64,000 nucleotides of DNA from Rubricoccaceae bacterium (GCA_963832985.1 CAWHWG010000001.1:221271-285270); one strand, 5' to 3'. Shown: positions 31,248 through 43,363, counted from the stretch's first letter. A program made the numbers and translations. The notes: generated by a model from the letters alone, not told the origin.

Positions 31248-33381
31248 CTACTTGACGATGGCGCCGACCTCGGCGTCCGTCTTGACAAGAATCAGCCGCC
31301 CCTCGCGGTCCTCGGCGAACAGGATCATGCCGTTGCTCTCGAGGCCGCGGATGGTCCGTGGCTTGAGGTTCGCCACCACGACCACCTTCTCGCCCTCGAG
31401 GTCGTCCGGCGCGAAGTGCTCGCGGACGCCCGACAGGATCTGACGCGTCTCGAAGCCCAGGTCGACGTCGAAGCGCAGCAGCTTGTCCGCCTTAGGGTGC
31501 AGGTCGGCCTTGACGATGCGACCGACGCGCAGGTCGAGCGGCGCGAACTGGTCGAACGTGATCTCGTCGCCGAGCGGTTGGTAGTCGGCCTCGAGGTCGG
31601 AGGACTCGTCCTCGACGCCTGCGGCGGCATCCGCGGTGGCCGCGCGCGACGACAACCGCTCACGCTCGGCCTCGACGGCCTCGTCCTCGACCTTGGCCAC
31701 CAAGATGCCGGGCTCCCCGAGCGCGTGGCCGGCCTCGAGAGCGACGCGAGCCGCGTCGTCCCAACCGAAGCCCCTCGGTCCCCGCCCTCGAGGACGACCG
31801 CACGCCCTCGAGGGCGAGCATCTGGCGCAGGTTGGCGGCGATGCCGGGCACGATGGGCTCGAGCAGGATGGACAGGCTGGCCGTGGCCTGGAGGGCGACG
31901 TGGACCGAGTTGTGCATCGCCCGCTCGTCGGTCTTGCGCGTCTTCCACGGCTCCGTCTCCTGGAGGTACTGGTTGCCCAAGCGCGCAAGCTGGACCGTCC
32001 GCGCCACCGCATCGCGCATCCGGTACTCGCGGTAGGCCGTGCCCACGTCGGCAGGGGTCGACGCGATGGCCGCGAGCAGTGCCTTGTCTTTGTCGGACGC
32101 GTCCTCGAGGGCGGGCACCTTGCCGTCGCAGAATCGCGTCGCGAACGTCAGCGCCCGGTTGCAGAAGTTGCCCACCACGTCGGCCAGCTCGCCGTTGACG
32201 CGGTTCTGGAAGTCGGACCACGTGAAGTCGGCGTCTTTCGTCTCGGGCAGGCCGACGGCCAAGGCGTAGCGCAGCAGGTCAGGGTCGAAGGCGGCGGCGG
32301 CCTCGTCGGCCCAGACAGCCCAGCCTCTCGAGGTCGAGAGCTTGCGGCCCTCGAGGTTGAGGAACTCGTTGGCAGGCACGTTCTCCGGCAACACGAACTG
32401 CGGCAGGTCCGGCTGCGCGCGGTTGGCGGCCATCAGCGTGGCCGGAAAGATCAGACAGTGAAAGACGATGTTGTCTTTGCCGATGAAGTGGACGAGCTCG
32501 GGCTCGGTACCGTCCTGCACCTGCCAGTAGCGGCGCCATTTTTCGGGGTCGCCCTGCTGGATTGCCCAGTCCTTCGTCGCCGAGATGTAGCCCAACGGCG
32601 CGTCGAACCAGACGTAGAGCACCTTGCCGTCGGTGTCGCCCTCGAGGTCGGGCGGCACGGGGATGCCCCAGTCGAGGTCGCGCGTCATGGCGCGGTCGCT
32701 CAGGCCGGACTGAAACCAGCTCCCGATCTGCCCGGTCACGTTCGGCTTCCAGTTGTCCTTCGTACCGATCCAGGCCTCGAGGTCGGGCTGGAGATCGCCG
32801 AGGGGCAGGTACCAGTGCGTCGTCTCGCGGCGCTCGGGCGTGGCGCCGGACAATGTGCTCGAGGGCTCGATCAGGTCGTCGGGCGAGAGCGACGAGCCGC
32901 AGTTTTCGCACTGGTCGCCGTAGGCGCTGTCGTAGCCGCATATCGGGCACGTGCCCTTGACGAAGCGGTCAGCGAGGAAGAGGCCGGCCTCGGGGTCGTA
33001 GAGTTGCGTCGAGGTCTTCTGGACGAACCCGCCCGCGGCCTCGATGGAGCGGAACAGGTCCTGGCTCGTCTCGTGGTGGAGCGGCTTCGAGGTCCGGCTG
33101 TAGACATCGAACGAGATGCCGAACGCCTGGAACGCGGCCTCGAGCTCGGCATGGTAGCGGTCCACGATGGCCTGGGGCGTGGTCCCCTCTTGCCGCGCCC
33201 GGATGGCGATGGCGGCGCCGTGCTCGTCGGACCCGCAGACGTACACGACGTCTCGGCCGGCGAGACGCTGGTACCGCACGAACAGATCGGCCGGGAGGTA
33301 CGCGCCGGCGAGGTGGCCGAGGTGGAGCGGCCCGTTCGCGTACGGGAGCGCGGAGGTCACGAGGAGTGGGCGGTCGGACAC
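31248..33381 (-). CDS. metG: Methionine--tRNA ligase with C-terminal tRNA-binding domain (frameshift near 31780)
   Basis: TSALPYANGPLHLGH, GSDEHG, YVWFDA, HFIGKDN, KLSTSRGW; C-terminal DLRVG...VVANLKPR..GLESNGM. Confidence 0.97.
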
Positions 33382-33534
33382 GTCGAGGTCGGATGGGAGC
33401 CAGGAAGCTACCGGCGTCGGGGTTGGGGTTGGAAAGGAGAAGAGGCAGACCTCCCTGGCGACCTCGAGGACGACGAGCTAGCGTGAGACCATCTGAGCAC
33501 GGGACAGGCATGCATGCCCTTGGCGTCAAAGGCC

Positions 33535-34973
33535 TCAACGCAGATCGGCGGAGCCCGCAAGGTTGCGGAGAACAGCGTCCCAGAACTCGAGCGCGCCGAA
33601 AAAGGCTCGGACGCCGAGATGCTCGTCGAGGCCGTGGTAGCCTCCAGCCTCCGAGGCCCGCACGAAGAGGCCGTTCGTGCCGTACGTCGGGATACCGGCC
33701 CGGCGGAGGTGCATTCCATCAGTCCCGCCGGAGGATTGCTGGGGGAGGACTGGCGTACCCGGATAGAGCGTTTCGACGCCCGCCCGGATCGCGGCTGACA
33801 CGTCGTCGCGGATGGGCGATGGCGGGCTCGCAACGGGGTCGCCGAGCACGGTGAAGGTCACGGATGGGTCTGCCACCACCTCGCGCAAGACGGCCTCCAC
33901 CTCGGCGACCTCGACGCCGGGGAAGATGCGGCAGTTGACCGTCGCCACGGCCGACTGGGGCAGAGCGTTTTCGGCGTGGCCCGCGCGCAGCATCGTCGGG
34001 ATGCACGTCGTCCGCGTGGTGCCGATCTGCTCGGGCTCGTGCCAGAGCACGCGCGCCGCCGCTCGTCGTCGGAGTCGGCCGCGAATGCCTGCATCGCCTC
34101 GCCGACGAGTCCGCCCTTCGCTCGTCCGACCTCGCGGAAGTACGTCTCCGTGGTCTCGTTCGTGCGGACTGGAAAGCGGTGCTCCTCCAGGCGTGCGAGC
34201 GCTGCCACGAGCTGGTAGATCGCGTTGTCGGTGCGAGGCTGGGCCGAGTGACCGCCCGGGTTGGTGACCGAAAGCTCGAAGGTGACGTAGGTCTTCTCGG
34301 CGGTCTGGACGAAGTAGCTCTCGGCTGTCCCGTCGTCGCGGAGGCGCCCGCCGCCCGCGTCGGCGTTGAGGGCAAAGGCGGCGTCGACGAGGGCGCGGTG
34401 CTCGCCGACGAGCGACCGCGTGGTGGCCATGCCGGTCTCCTCGTCGCCGGTGAAGGCGAGGATCAGGTCGCGGGTCGGCACGACGCCCTCGGCGCGGAGC
34501 CGCAGGAACGCCGTCGTCAGAATCGCGACGCCGTACTTGTCGTCGGCGGTGCCGCGGCCGTAGAAGAGGCCGTCCTCCTCGATCAGCGTGAAGGGGTCGC
34601 GCACCCAGTCCTCGCGGAGCGCGTCCACCACGTCGGCGTGGGCGAGGAAGAGGACCGGCTCCTGCCCGGACGACCCGTCGCCGCGGTAGCGGACGACCAG
34701 GCTCGCGACGGCCTCGCCGTCGCGCGAGGTGGCCGGCAGGACGTGGATGTCGGCGTCCGGAAACCCGGCGTCGCGGAAGCGGTCCGCCAGCATCTCCATC
34801 GTCGCGGGGACGAGCCCGTGCCCGGCCGCGGTCCGCGTCTCCACGAGTGTCCGGTACAGCTCGAGGGCCTGCCGCTGATGCGGCGCCGTGTAGTCGGCGC
34901 TGCGGTTCTGTGCGGCGGCCGGGAAGGTGGCAACGAGGAGGACCAGGACGAGGAGGCGGGGGAAAGACGTCAT
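33535..34973 (-). CDS. Secreted M20/M25/M40 family metallopeptidase (frameshift near 34060)
   Basis: AHADVV, YGRGTADDK, FTGDEETG, GGHSAQP, GHAENALP, GGTDG, HGLDE. Confidence 0.88.
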
Positions 34974-35185
34974 GCGGAGGGCGGAAAGGCACGTGGGGGG
35001 GGGCGCTTCACGGAGAGGCGGCTGGATTGAACGCGTTGCTCTGCTCTGGGAAGGAGTTGCGTCAGCAGAGCTGTACGAGGGGCACCGGCTGGGCGAAGCA
35101 TGATGGCTGAGCCTCGCATCCATATGCTCGGGCGCCGGAGGTGCCGGCTCGAAGCGGGCGGAGCCATCCGCTCTCGGCGAATGGG

Positions 35186-36496
35186 TCAGCGCGTGGCGAG
35201 CACACGGAGCGCGGCCACGAGCTGTTCGAGGTCGGCCGGGCTGTTGTACAGCGCAGGCGTCACGCGCACGCAGTCCCCACCCGCGATCCCGGACCGGGCG
35301 ACGGTGAACAGACCGAACTTGTCGAATAGTGTCTGGGCGAGGGCGCGGTTCGAGTCGCCGTCGCCACGCCCGTGCAAGCGGAAGCTGGTGATCGCGCCCT
35401 CAATTCGGGGTCATCGGGCGTCAGGATGTCCACACCCGTGATCTCGCGGGCCTCGGTCACCCACAGGTCGCGAAGGTGTCGGACCCGCGCCATTTTGTTC
35501 TCCAACCCGATGGACGCCTGAAAGTCGAGGGCGTCCGGCACAGTGAGAATGGCTGCGAAGTTGAGGGTCCCCGTATGGAGCCGGCTGTCGATCTGGTCGA
35601 GAGAACCCTTGTCGCCGTGTGCGCGGTCGATGGCGCCCAGGCCGGACTCCCGGATGTACATCGCACCGACCCCGACCGGCGCTCCAATCCATTTGTGGAG
35701 GTTGAGCCCCACGTAGTCTGCGCCGAGGCCGGGTATATCCAGCGGGACGTGCCCCCACGAGTGCGCGGCGTCCACGATTACGTCCACGCCCCGCGCACGC
35801 GCCAGAGCGCTAATCTCGCGTACGGGATGGACGAGCCCGGTCTTGTTGTTGGCGTGCGTGAGGAGCAGGAGCCGGGCACGAGGGTTCGCGTCGAGTGCTC
35901 GGGTGTACGCGTCGAGAATGGCGCCGCGCGGCGCAGGCTCCGGGATGGTCAGCGTGGCGACCTGCGCCCCGTTTCGCTCGGCCAGTGCGTCCATGGCCCA
36001 TTGCATCGCGGGGTAGTCGAGGTCGGCGTATAGCACGGTGTCGCCCGGCTGGAGACGGTTGTACTGCCCGATGAGCGCCTGGAGGGACTCGGTTGCATTA
36101 CGAGAGAACGCGATCTCACCCGGTGCCACTCCGAGCGCATCGGCCACTCGCTCTCGGGACGCGCGCGCCAGCTCTCCGAAATCGGTGCGGGCGAACAGCG
36201 AACTCTCGCGGTTCACCCGGTCGATGTAGCGGTGGTACGCCTCGCGAACGGGTGTCGCCATCATCCCGAAGTAGCCCCCCTCGAGGTTCGGTCGTGCGAT
36301 CGGTGACGATGTACTGCGCGGCGACCTCCCGCCAGAACTCCTCGTCTTGTGCGACCTCTGACGGAGACCCGGCAGGCGACGAGAGTCGCGAGTGATCGCG
36401 AGCGCCCGCAGTGTGTGCGGTTGCTGGCGTTGAAAGCGTGAGGGTGGCGGCGGAGGCAGGGCCCGCCCGCCGGAGGAAGCCGCGGCGATCGATCAT
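35186..36496 (-). CDS. Tat-exported class V aminotransferase (isopenicillin N epimerase-like), two frameshifts
   Basis: MIDRRGFL Tat motif, DEEFWREVA, RNATES, VDAAHSWG, NLHKWIGAP, CVRVTP. Confidence 0.82.
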
Positions 36497-36670
36497 GCGG
36501 GAGGGTACGGGCACCACGCCCGACCTGCCACCCCACCTAAGCGCCAGCACCTATCGGCGACTGAGGTTGAATCTCGCCGTTCCCGGCTGCTGGGTCAGAA
36601 CGACGACAGGACACCGTCTTCCGCTCGTCACTGACGCGCGACCTTGAGGCCAAGCTCAGCCCCTAACAAA

Positions 36671-36698
36671 GAAGCCCCCTGCAAAGGCAGGGGGCTTC
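36671..36698 (-). terminator. Intrinsic terminator of tRNA-Arg
   Basis: gaagccccctgc-aaag-gcagggggcttc perfect 12-bp stem, followed by tttgtt on the minus strand. Confidence 0.85.
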
Positions 36699-36699
36699 G

Positions 36700-36773
36700 T
36701 GCGCCCGAGAGGATTCGAACCTCTGACCTCTTGATTCGTAGTCAAGCACTCTATCCAGCTGAGCTACGGGCGC
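36700..36773 (-). tRNA. tRNA-Arg(ACG)
   Basis: GCGCCCGTAGCTCAGCTGGATAGAGTGCTTGACTACGAATCAAGAGGTCAGAGGTTCGAATCCTCTCGGGCGCA folds as a cloverleaf with anticodon ACG; CCA not encoded. Confidence 0.97.
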
Positions 36774-36806
36774 GGGTCCATCAAGATAGGAGTGGTCTTG
36801 GCGAGC

Positions 36807-37666
36807 TCAGATGAAGACGGGCAGAACGTGAGCGCGCCGACCTCGAGGGCGTCGCGCCGAGGGATCCGCCTCCGTCCCGTCGAGGAACCAGAAGTGAGAC
36901 GTCGGGCCGTGGCCGCCTCCAATCGAGAGGCTGTTGCGGATCGCCTCCTGGAGATACCGCCGCGCGCGGCCGACGGCGTCCTCGAGGTCGAGGCCCCGAG
37001 CCAGTTGGCCGCGATGGCGCTCGCGTAGGTGCAGCCCGTCCCATGCGTGTTGGGCGTGTCGATTCGCTCCTCCCGAAACAGGGTCTCCCCGTCGGCGGTG
37101 AGGAGCACGTCCACGGCGTCCGTCTCGCTCTCGAGGTGACCGCCTTTGATGAGCACCGCCTTCGGGCCGAGGGCCAGAATCTGGCGGCCCGCGCGGCGCG
37201 CGTCCTCGAGGGAGCGGACCTCGAGGCCGGTCAGGCGAGCCGCCTCGTGGGCGTTGGGCGTGACGACGTCTGCGAGGGGCAGCGACAGAGTCGCGACCGA
37301 CGCCACCGCATCGTCGGCGAGAAGCGCGTCTCCGCTCTTGGAAATCATCACGGGGTCGACCACGATCGGGCCGAGCCCGTGGTGACTCAAGCCGTTGGCC
37401 ACGGCCTTCACGATGTCGGGAGTCGCCAGCATCCCGGTCTTGACCGCGCCGATGGGGAGATCGCCCGCAACGGCGTCGAGTTGTGCCGTGACGAAGTCGG
37501 CCGGGACGGCGTGGACGCCGGCGACCTCTCTCGTGTTTTGTGCCGTGAGTGCGGTCACGACCGACATGCCGAACACGCCGTGAGCCTCGAAGGCCTTCAG
37601 GTCGGCCTGGATTCCAGCGCCACCGCCAGAATCGGAGCCGGCGATAGTGAGAGCGGTGAACGTCAT
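36807..37666 (-). CDS. thiD: Hydroxymethylpyrimidine/phosphomethylpyrimidine kinase (frameshift near 37005)
   Basis: [47 protein letters not shown]. Confidence 0.93.
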
Positions 37667-38374
37667 TCGGGTGGGATTGCTAGAGGACGGCCTCGGGGAC
37701 GAGCGGAGGGTTGAAGATCGCCGCGGACGCACCGTCCGACCTCGAGGCCGGGCGCCTCCTCGCGCGACGGCGTTGAGAAACTGGCGGACGGTCCGGTCCT
37801 CGTCCCACGCGAACAGCAACGACGAGATGGCAGCGGCGCCGTGGGCGCCGACCAGCCGGGCGATCCGAGCCCGTGGCGGCGTGATGCCCCCTAGTGCTAG
37901 CACCGGAATCCTAGCGTGTGTCGCCGCCAGCTTCAGCGGGTCGATCCCGGTTGGGACGGCGTCCGGATGGGTCCTTGTGGTCCACACGGGCGAGAACGTG
38001 GCGTAGCTCGCCCCGGCCTTCCCCGCCCGCGCCGCGCCGGTCGCCGAGTGCGCCGACACGCCGACCAATCCCGGGACGCCGGCCTCGAGGGCGTCCTCCA
38101 GCGACGCTCCTCTCCTGCCGACGTGGAGCCCGACCTCGAGGTCGAGAGCCGCACGCAGGTCGCCGTGGACCGAGACCACGACATCCGGACGAATCGACCG
38201 GAGGTCTCGCACGAGCGGACGGGCGACCTCGAGGACGGTGCCTTCGTCGGCGTCGTGGTCGCGGAGCGAGACCCACGGGACGCCGGCCTCGACGAGCGTC
38301 CGCGTTCTGGCCTGGATCGCGTCGGCCTCGAGTTCTGCGCGCCCCGTCGCGAACCCGTCGGCGATCAGGAGCAA
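37663..38374 (-). CDS. thiE: Thiamine phosphate synthase / TenI-like protein (frameshift near 37765)
   Basis: [40 protein letters not shown] one-base correction yields a TGA overlapping the thiD ATG. Confidence 0.75.
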
Positions 38375-38416
38375 GCGGGGACGGTGACCTCGAGGTCGGA
38401 GCCGCCCTCGAGGACG

Positions 38417-39247
38417 CTACTCATCGACCTCGACGCGGCCGCCGGCCGGCGTCGAGGCCTGTGCGTAGAGGCGCCGCGGGATGCGACCGGCGCGGCGTGC
38501 CGAACGCCCGCCTTCGACGGCATGGCGGATCGCAGACGCCATCAAGGCCGGGTGCTCGGCACCCGAGACGGCCGTCTTGAGCAGACGCCGTCGTAGCCGA
38601 GTTCCATCGCCCGAGCCGCGTCGGATGCGGTGCCGATTCCGGCGTCCACCACCAGGGAACGTCGGGCAGGATCTCGCGGATGATGCGGAGCGCATACGGG
38701 TTGACCAGCCCATCCCGCTCCCGATAGGCGCCGCCAACGGCATCACGGCAGCACGGCCGAGGTCGGCCAGCTTGCGCGCCGTGATCGGATCGTCCCCGCA
38801 GTAGGCGAAGACCTCGAAGCCGTCGGCGACGAGGTCGGAGGCGGCCTTGAGGAGTTGAACGGCGTCAGGGTACAGCGTCTCGTCGTCGCCGATGACCTCG
38901 AGCTTGACCCAGTTGGTTTCGAGGGCCTCGCGCGCGAGCTGAGCGGTAGACACGGCTTCCTTGGCCGTGTAGCATCCGGCCGTGTTCGGGAGCAGATCGA
39001 GCCCCCGCTCCATGCTTCGGAGCGCGCCCGGCAATGTCTGCCGGTCCGCGCTGGCCTCGAGGTCGACGCGCCGGACGGACACCGTCACGACTTGAGCGTG
39101 CGACGCCTCGACAGAGTCGAGCAGCGTCTGCAAGCTGGGATAGCGGCTCGTGCCGAGCGGCACGCGGCTGGTCAGTTCGACGCCGCCGACGGTCCAGGAA
39201 TCGGCCTCGAGGTCGGCGCTCGCGGGTTGGGAGATCAGCTCGCTCAT
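38417..39247 (-). CDS. thiG: Thiazole synthase (internal frameshifts)
   Basis: LLPNTAGC, WVKLEVIGD..LYPD, AVMPLAAPIGSG, AGRIPRR..AQASTP. Confidence 0.95.
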   Translation of the reverse strand: MSELISQPASADLEADSWTVGGVELTSRVPLGTSRYPSLQTLLDSVEASHAQVVTVSVRRVDLEASADRQTLPGALRSMERGLDLLPNTAGCYTAKEAVSTAQLAREALETNWVKLEVIGDDETLYPDAVQLLKAASDLVADGFEVFAYCGDDPITARKLADLGRAAVMPLAAPIGSGMGWSTRMRSASSARSCPTFPGGGRRNRHRIRRGSGDGTRLRRRLLKTAVSGAEHPALMASAIRHAVEGGRSARRAGRIPRRLYAQASTPAGGRVEVDE

Positions 39248-39447
39248 CCGCCCTGTGCCGCCGTGATGATCTCGACGCGGTCGCCCTCCCCGACCGTCGT
39301 TGTGGGCCAGTCGGCGCGGCGGACCACTCGGTCGCCCACGGCGCAGTCGACGCCGTGCTAGAGGGTCACGGCCGAGCAGCGGAGCAGCGCGTCGAGGGCG
39401 AGAGGCTGAGGGACGTCGCGAGGCTCACCGTTGATGGTCAGGTTCAT
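39244..39447 (-). CDS. thiS: Sulfur carrier protein ThiS (frameshift)
   Basis: MNLTINGE start; C-terminal EGDRVEIITAAQGG*. Confidence 0.85.
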
Positions 39448-40560
39448 GGAATCACGAAAGCGTTTCGGCGGGAACGGAGCCAGCAACGGCGCTGTTCCGG
39501 TTCCGCCCGTCCAAGGACGCGTCGACCTCGAGGGCGACTCCGTCGGCCGTGACCGGTGCCAACAGCACGCCGTGGCGGTAGTGGCCGTGGCGTAGAAGAC
39601 GCCGCCAGATGCCTGTCCGAGGAGCGGTCCGTGGTCGCGCGCGGCCGGCCGGTGCCCGGCCCACGTCTCGATGACCTCCATCTCCTCCACGCCCGGCACG
39701 ACCTCGACGGCGCCTTCGAGGAGCCGGTACAGTCCGCCGCCGTGACCATGGAGTCGGTCACGCCCTCCTCGACTCGTGGCGCCGACGATGAGGCGGCCGT
39801 CGGCCTTCGGAACGAGATAGGGTCGGGCCCCCGGATCATGCCGTAGGTCGAGGCCTCGATCCGGGTCGAGACGCAGCGCCAGCGCCTGTCCCTTGACCGA
39901 CCGGATCGGCGGCCGCGGCTCTAGCCCCAGCGCTCCGCTCGCAACGCCGCGGCCACGACCACGGCCCCGACCTCGAGGACGCCGTCTTTCGTCTCGACGC
40001 GGGGCGGTCGCCGGTCTCGATGTGCAGCACCGGTGTGCGCTCTCGCACTTCCCCGCCCGCGGCCTCGAGGGCGCGGCGCATCGCGGTGAGGACGCGCACG
40101 GTTGTCGACCTGATGGTCGTCAGGGCGAAGACGGCGCACGGCAGGCGCGCGCGACGACAGCGGCTCGAGGTCGGTCGCCTCGTCGCCCGACAGCCACTCG
40201 ACGGGGCGCCTGCTCCGTCTGGAACTGAAACAACCGGCGCAGAGCCCGCGCGCTGTCTCGGTCGTCGGCCACGACCAGCGTCCTCATCGCGGTAGCCGAC
40301 CTCGAGGCCGGACGCGTCCTCGAGGCGTCGCGCGAAGTCGGACCACCGGGCCACGCTCTCGCGGCCGAGCGCGTAGAGGTCGAGCTCCTCGAACCCGATC
40401 TCCGCCGCCGGCGCCAGCATCCCCGCCGCCGCGATGAGGCGCCCCTCCCCGAGGCGCCGGCCTCGAGGACGACGACGCGCCGGCCGCGCTCGGCGAGCGC
40501 CCACGCCACGCCCAGGCCGGCGACACCGCCGCCCACCACCACGACCTGGATGTCTGCTCG
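39444..40560 (-). CDS. thiO: Glycine oxidase ThiO (multiple frameshifts; start approximate)
   Basis: VVVVGGGVAGL, AAAGMLAP, DDHQVDNR, IRSVKGQ, ETWAGHRP, GHYRHGVLLAP fragments in the thi operon. Confidence 0.85.
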
Positions 40561-40676
40561 GCTACGAGTCCCGATCTTGCATCCGCAAACTTCCCGCCCT
40601 CGATGCACCGTCTCCGTCTCTGATCCGACCTCGAGGGCGAGCGACGGCATCGTAGCTTGGACGAAACGTCGCTGCC

Positions 40677-40882
40677 ATGACCAACGAGATCATCTTCGTC
40701 GTCTCAGAGCTCGCCAGAGGGCGGCTTCGAGGCTCGCGCACTGGACATTCCATTCATACAGAAGCGGCAGCGTGGCGGCTCCGCGAGATGGTTCGAGATG
40801 CCGTGGGTGTCCATTTTGACGAGAGCGAGCGGCCTGGAATGATCCGGCTGACTTTGTGCGTGAGGAGGTGATCGCGGCGTGA
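40677..40882 (+). CDS. hicB: Short HicB-like antitoxin (frameshifts)
   Basis: MTNEIIFVV...GHSIHTEA...LREMVRDAVGVHFDE...IRL...EEVIAA*; stop overlaps the hicA start (GTGA). Confidence 0.7.
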
Positions 40883-41121
40883 GGACGCCGCGCGACTTGG
40901 ATGGAAGCCGTCTCGTCAAGCGGTTGCAAAAGCTTGGCTATCAGCAGACGAGGCAGAGCGGAAGTCACGTCCGGCTCAGTCGTGCATCACAGGACGGAGA
41001 CCATCACGTAACAGTGCCCCTGCACAGCCCGCTCCGGGTTGGGACGCTGAACGCGATCCTCGGTGACATCGCGACGCATTTGGGAGTGAGCAAGGATGAT
41101 GTGATTCGGCGAGTCTCCTGA
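40879..41121 (+). CDS. hicA: HicA family toxin
   Basis: LGYQQTRQSGSHVRL...HHVTVPLH..LRVGTLNAIL. Confidence 0.9.
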   Translation: MRTPRDLDGSRLVKRLQKLGYQQTRQSGSHVRLSRASQDGDHHVTVPLHSPLRVGTLNAILGDIATHLGVSKDDVIRRVS

Positions 41122-41179
41122 ACGCCGCTCGCATGAGGACTTTCCGGTCCAAACGCAGAGCCGATCTCCGAGGGCGAGC

Positions 41180-42225
41180 ATGAGCCGCCCACCGTCATCG
41201 TCGGCGCCGGGCTTGCCGGCGCGTGTGCCGCCCTCGTGCTCAGCCGCACGCGCGAGGTCATCGTCCTCGAGGCCGAAGGTCCGGCGTCGGGAGCGACGTC
41301 GGCGGCCGCGGGGCTGGCCAACCCGTTCATGGGGCGCAAGGCGAACGCGGCGTGGCGGCACACTGAAGCGCTTGAGGCCGTGCGCGAGTTGTGCGACGAG
41401 GCAGGAGTCCCCTTCCGTCAAACCGGCATTATGCGACCTGCTGGTTCGGAGGCGCAGGCTGAGGCCTTTCGAGCCCGAGCGAACACACACGCCGAGTTGT
41501 CGTGGTGGCCATCCGAGGCGAGCCGAGAGCGCTGGCCGCTCGTCGCAGCCCCGCACGGAACGCTGTGGGTCCCCACGGGTGGCTCCGTGGACTTGCCCCG
41601 GTTCGTCGAGGGCGCCCTCGAGGTCGCGCGCTCACGCGGGGCGGAGGTTCGGCGGGAACGGCTGAGGCGGACAGATGGCAACGTTGCAATAACGGACCAA
41701 TCCATCCTCGAGGCCGAGAGCATCGTTCTCTCGCTGGGCGACGGTGCTCGTCACCTGCCCGTGACCGCCTCCCTCCCGCTCCATCGCGTCAAAGGACAGA
41801 CGATCCGGATCGCTCGCCCAGGATCGATCCCGGCTGACCACCCCGCGGTCTCCGGCGGCGGCTACGCCGTCCCGACCGGCACCGGCGTCGTGGTCGGCTC
41901 CACGTTCGAGCACACGTTCGACTCCACGGATCCCGACCCCGCCCTCGACGCCGACCTGGTCGCTCGCGCTGGACGGATGATTCCCGACCTCGAGGGCGCC
42001 GCCGTCCTCGAGCGCCGTGCCGGCGTGCGGCTGACGGTCCCTGCGAACCTGTCCCCTCGACGCTTGCCGATCTGCGGCCCCGTCCTCGAGGACGTCTGGG
42101 TGCTAACCGGGCTGGGCGCCAAAGGCCTGATGACCGCACCGCTTTTGGCTCGCATCCTCCCTGACGCCCTCGAGGGCACCCGATCGATGCCGCCGGAGGT
42201 CTTGGTACCGCTTCCAGGACGCTGA
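41180..42225 (+). CDS. FAD-dependent oxidoreductase, DAO/MnmC-like (frameshift just after the start)
   Basis: IVGAGLAGA, GATSAAAGL, VKGQ, VVGSTFE, AGVR, GLGAKGL. Confidence 0.8.
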
Positions 42226-42295
42226 TTCCCGGATTTGACATCGACTCGAAGCCGGTGTCGATAGCTTGTCCCTCTCTCCCTCTACTACCCCGACC

Positions 42296-43363
42296 ATGTC
42301 CAAGACGACCGAACAGTACCTCGGCGACGAGGCCGACAGCCTCCTCGGCTTCGACTCGCCCGCGATCTCGAAGGACCGCCTCCACCTCCCCGGCCCCGAC
42401 TGGATCGACCGGATCTTCGCGCCCAGCGACCGACCCATTCCGGTCCTCCGCTCGCTCCAGCAGCTCTACGACCACGGTCGTCTTGGCGGCACCGGATACC
42501 TGTCCATCCTGCCCATCGACCAGGGCATCGAGCACTCCGGCGGCGCATCGTTCGCCAAGAACCCGGACTACTTCGATCCGGAGGCGATCATCGAGCTCGC
42601 CATCGAGGGCGGTTGCAACGGCGTCGCGACCACGTACGGCGCGCTCGGCATGGTGGCGCGGAAGTACGCCCACAAGATCCCGCTCATCCTTAAGCTCAAC
42701 CACAACGAGCTCCTCACGTATCCCAACACGTTCGACCAGATCATGTTCGCCCGTGTCGAGGAGGCGGCGGCCATGGGCTGCGTCGCCATTGGAGCCACGA
42801 TCTATTTCGGGTCCGAGGACTCGGACCGTCAGATCCAGGAGGTCTCCCACGCCTTCGCGCTGGCTCACGAGTACGGGCTAGGCACCATCCTCTGGTGCTA
42901 CCTCCGCAACGATGCCTTCAAGGTGGACGGAACGGACTACAGCTCCTCGGCCGACCTGACAGGGCAGGCCAACCACATCGGCGCCACCCTCGAGGCCGAC
43001 ATCCTCAAGCAGAAGCAGCCGACCAACAACGGCGGCTACAAGGCGCTCAACGCCGGCGACAGCAGCTACGGCAAGCTCGACGAGCGGATCTACAGCGAGC
43101 TCGCCAGCGACCACCCCATCGACCTGACGCGCTACCAGGTGGCCAACGGCTACATGGGCCGCGCGGGCCTCATCAACTCCGGCGGCGGCTCCGGCGCCGA
43201 CGACTTCGGCCAGGCTGTTCGCACGGCGGTCATCAACAAGCGCGCCGGCGGCATGGGTCTGATCTCAGGCCGCAAGGCGTTCCAGCGGGAGCGCTCCGAG
43301 GGCGTCCGCCTGCTGAACACGATCCAGGACGTCTACCTGGACGACGCCATCACGGTCGCGTAG
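42296..43363 (+). CDS. fbaB: Class I fructose-bisphosphate aldolase
   Basis: [65 protein letters not shown]. Confidence 0.97.
   Translation: MSKTTEQYLGDEADSLLGFDSPAISKDRLHLPGPDWIDRIFAPSDRPIPVLRSLQQLYDHGRLGGTGYLSILPIDQGIEHSGGASFAKNPDYFDPEAIIELAIEGGCNGVATTYGALGMVARKYAHKIPLILKLNHNELLTYPNTFDQIMFARVEEAAAMGCVAIGATIYFGSEDSDRQIQEVSHAFALAHEYGLGTILWCYLRNDAFKVDGTDYSSSADLTGQANHIGATLEADILKQKQPTNNGGYKALNAGDSSYGKLDERIYSELASDHPIDLTRYQVANGYMGRAGLINSGGGSGADDFGQAVRTAVINKRAGGMGLISGRKAFQRERSEGVRLLNTIQDVYLDDAITVA

Noticed and set aside
31248-33381. metG as a pseudogene or programmed frameshift
   Set aside because: Essential gene with intact motifs and no slippery site; the window has many similar indels, consistent with sequencing error.
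33470-36700. Integrative element at tRNA-Arg
   Set aside because: No integrase and no duplicated tRNA 3' end found; kept only as a low-confidence islet.
36764-38374. Apparent ThiE-ThiD fusion (536-aa ORF)
   Set aside because: The linker reads the palindrome off-phase (RPRGR). A one-base correction near 37765 restores PGLEVG and a TGA overlapping the thiD ATG (ATGA), so these are two genes.
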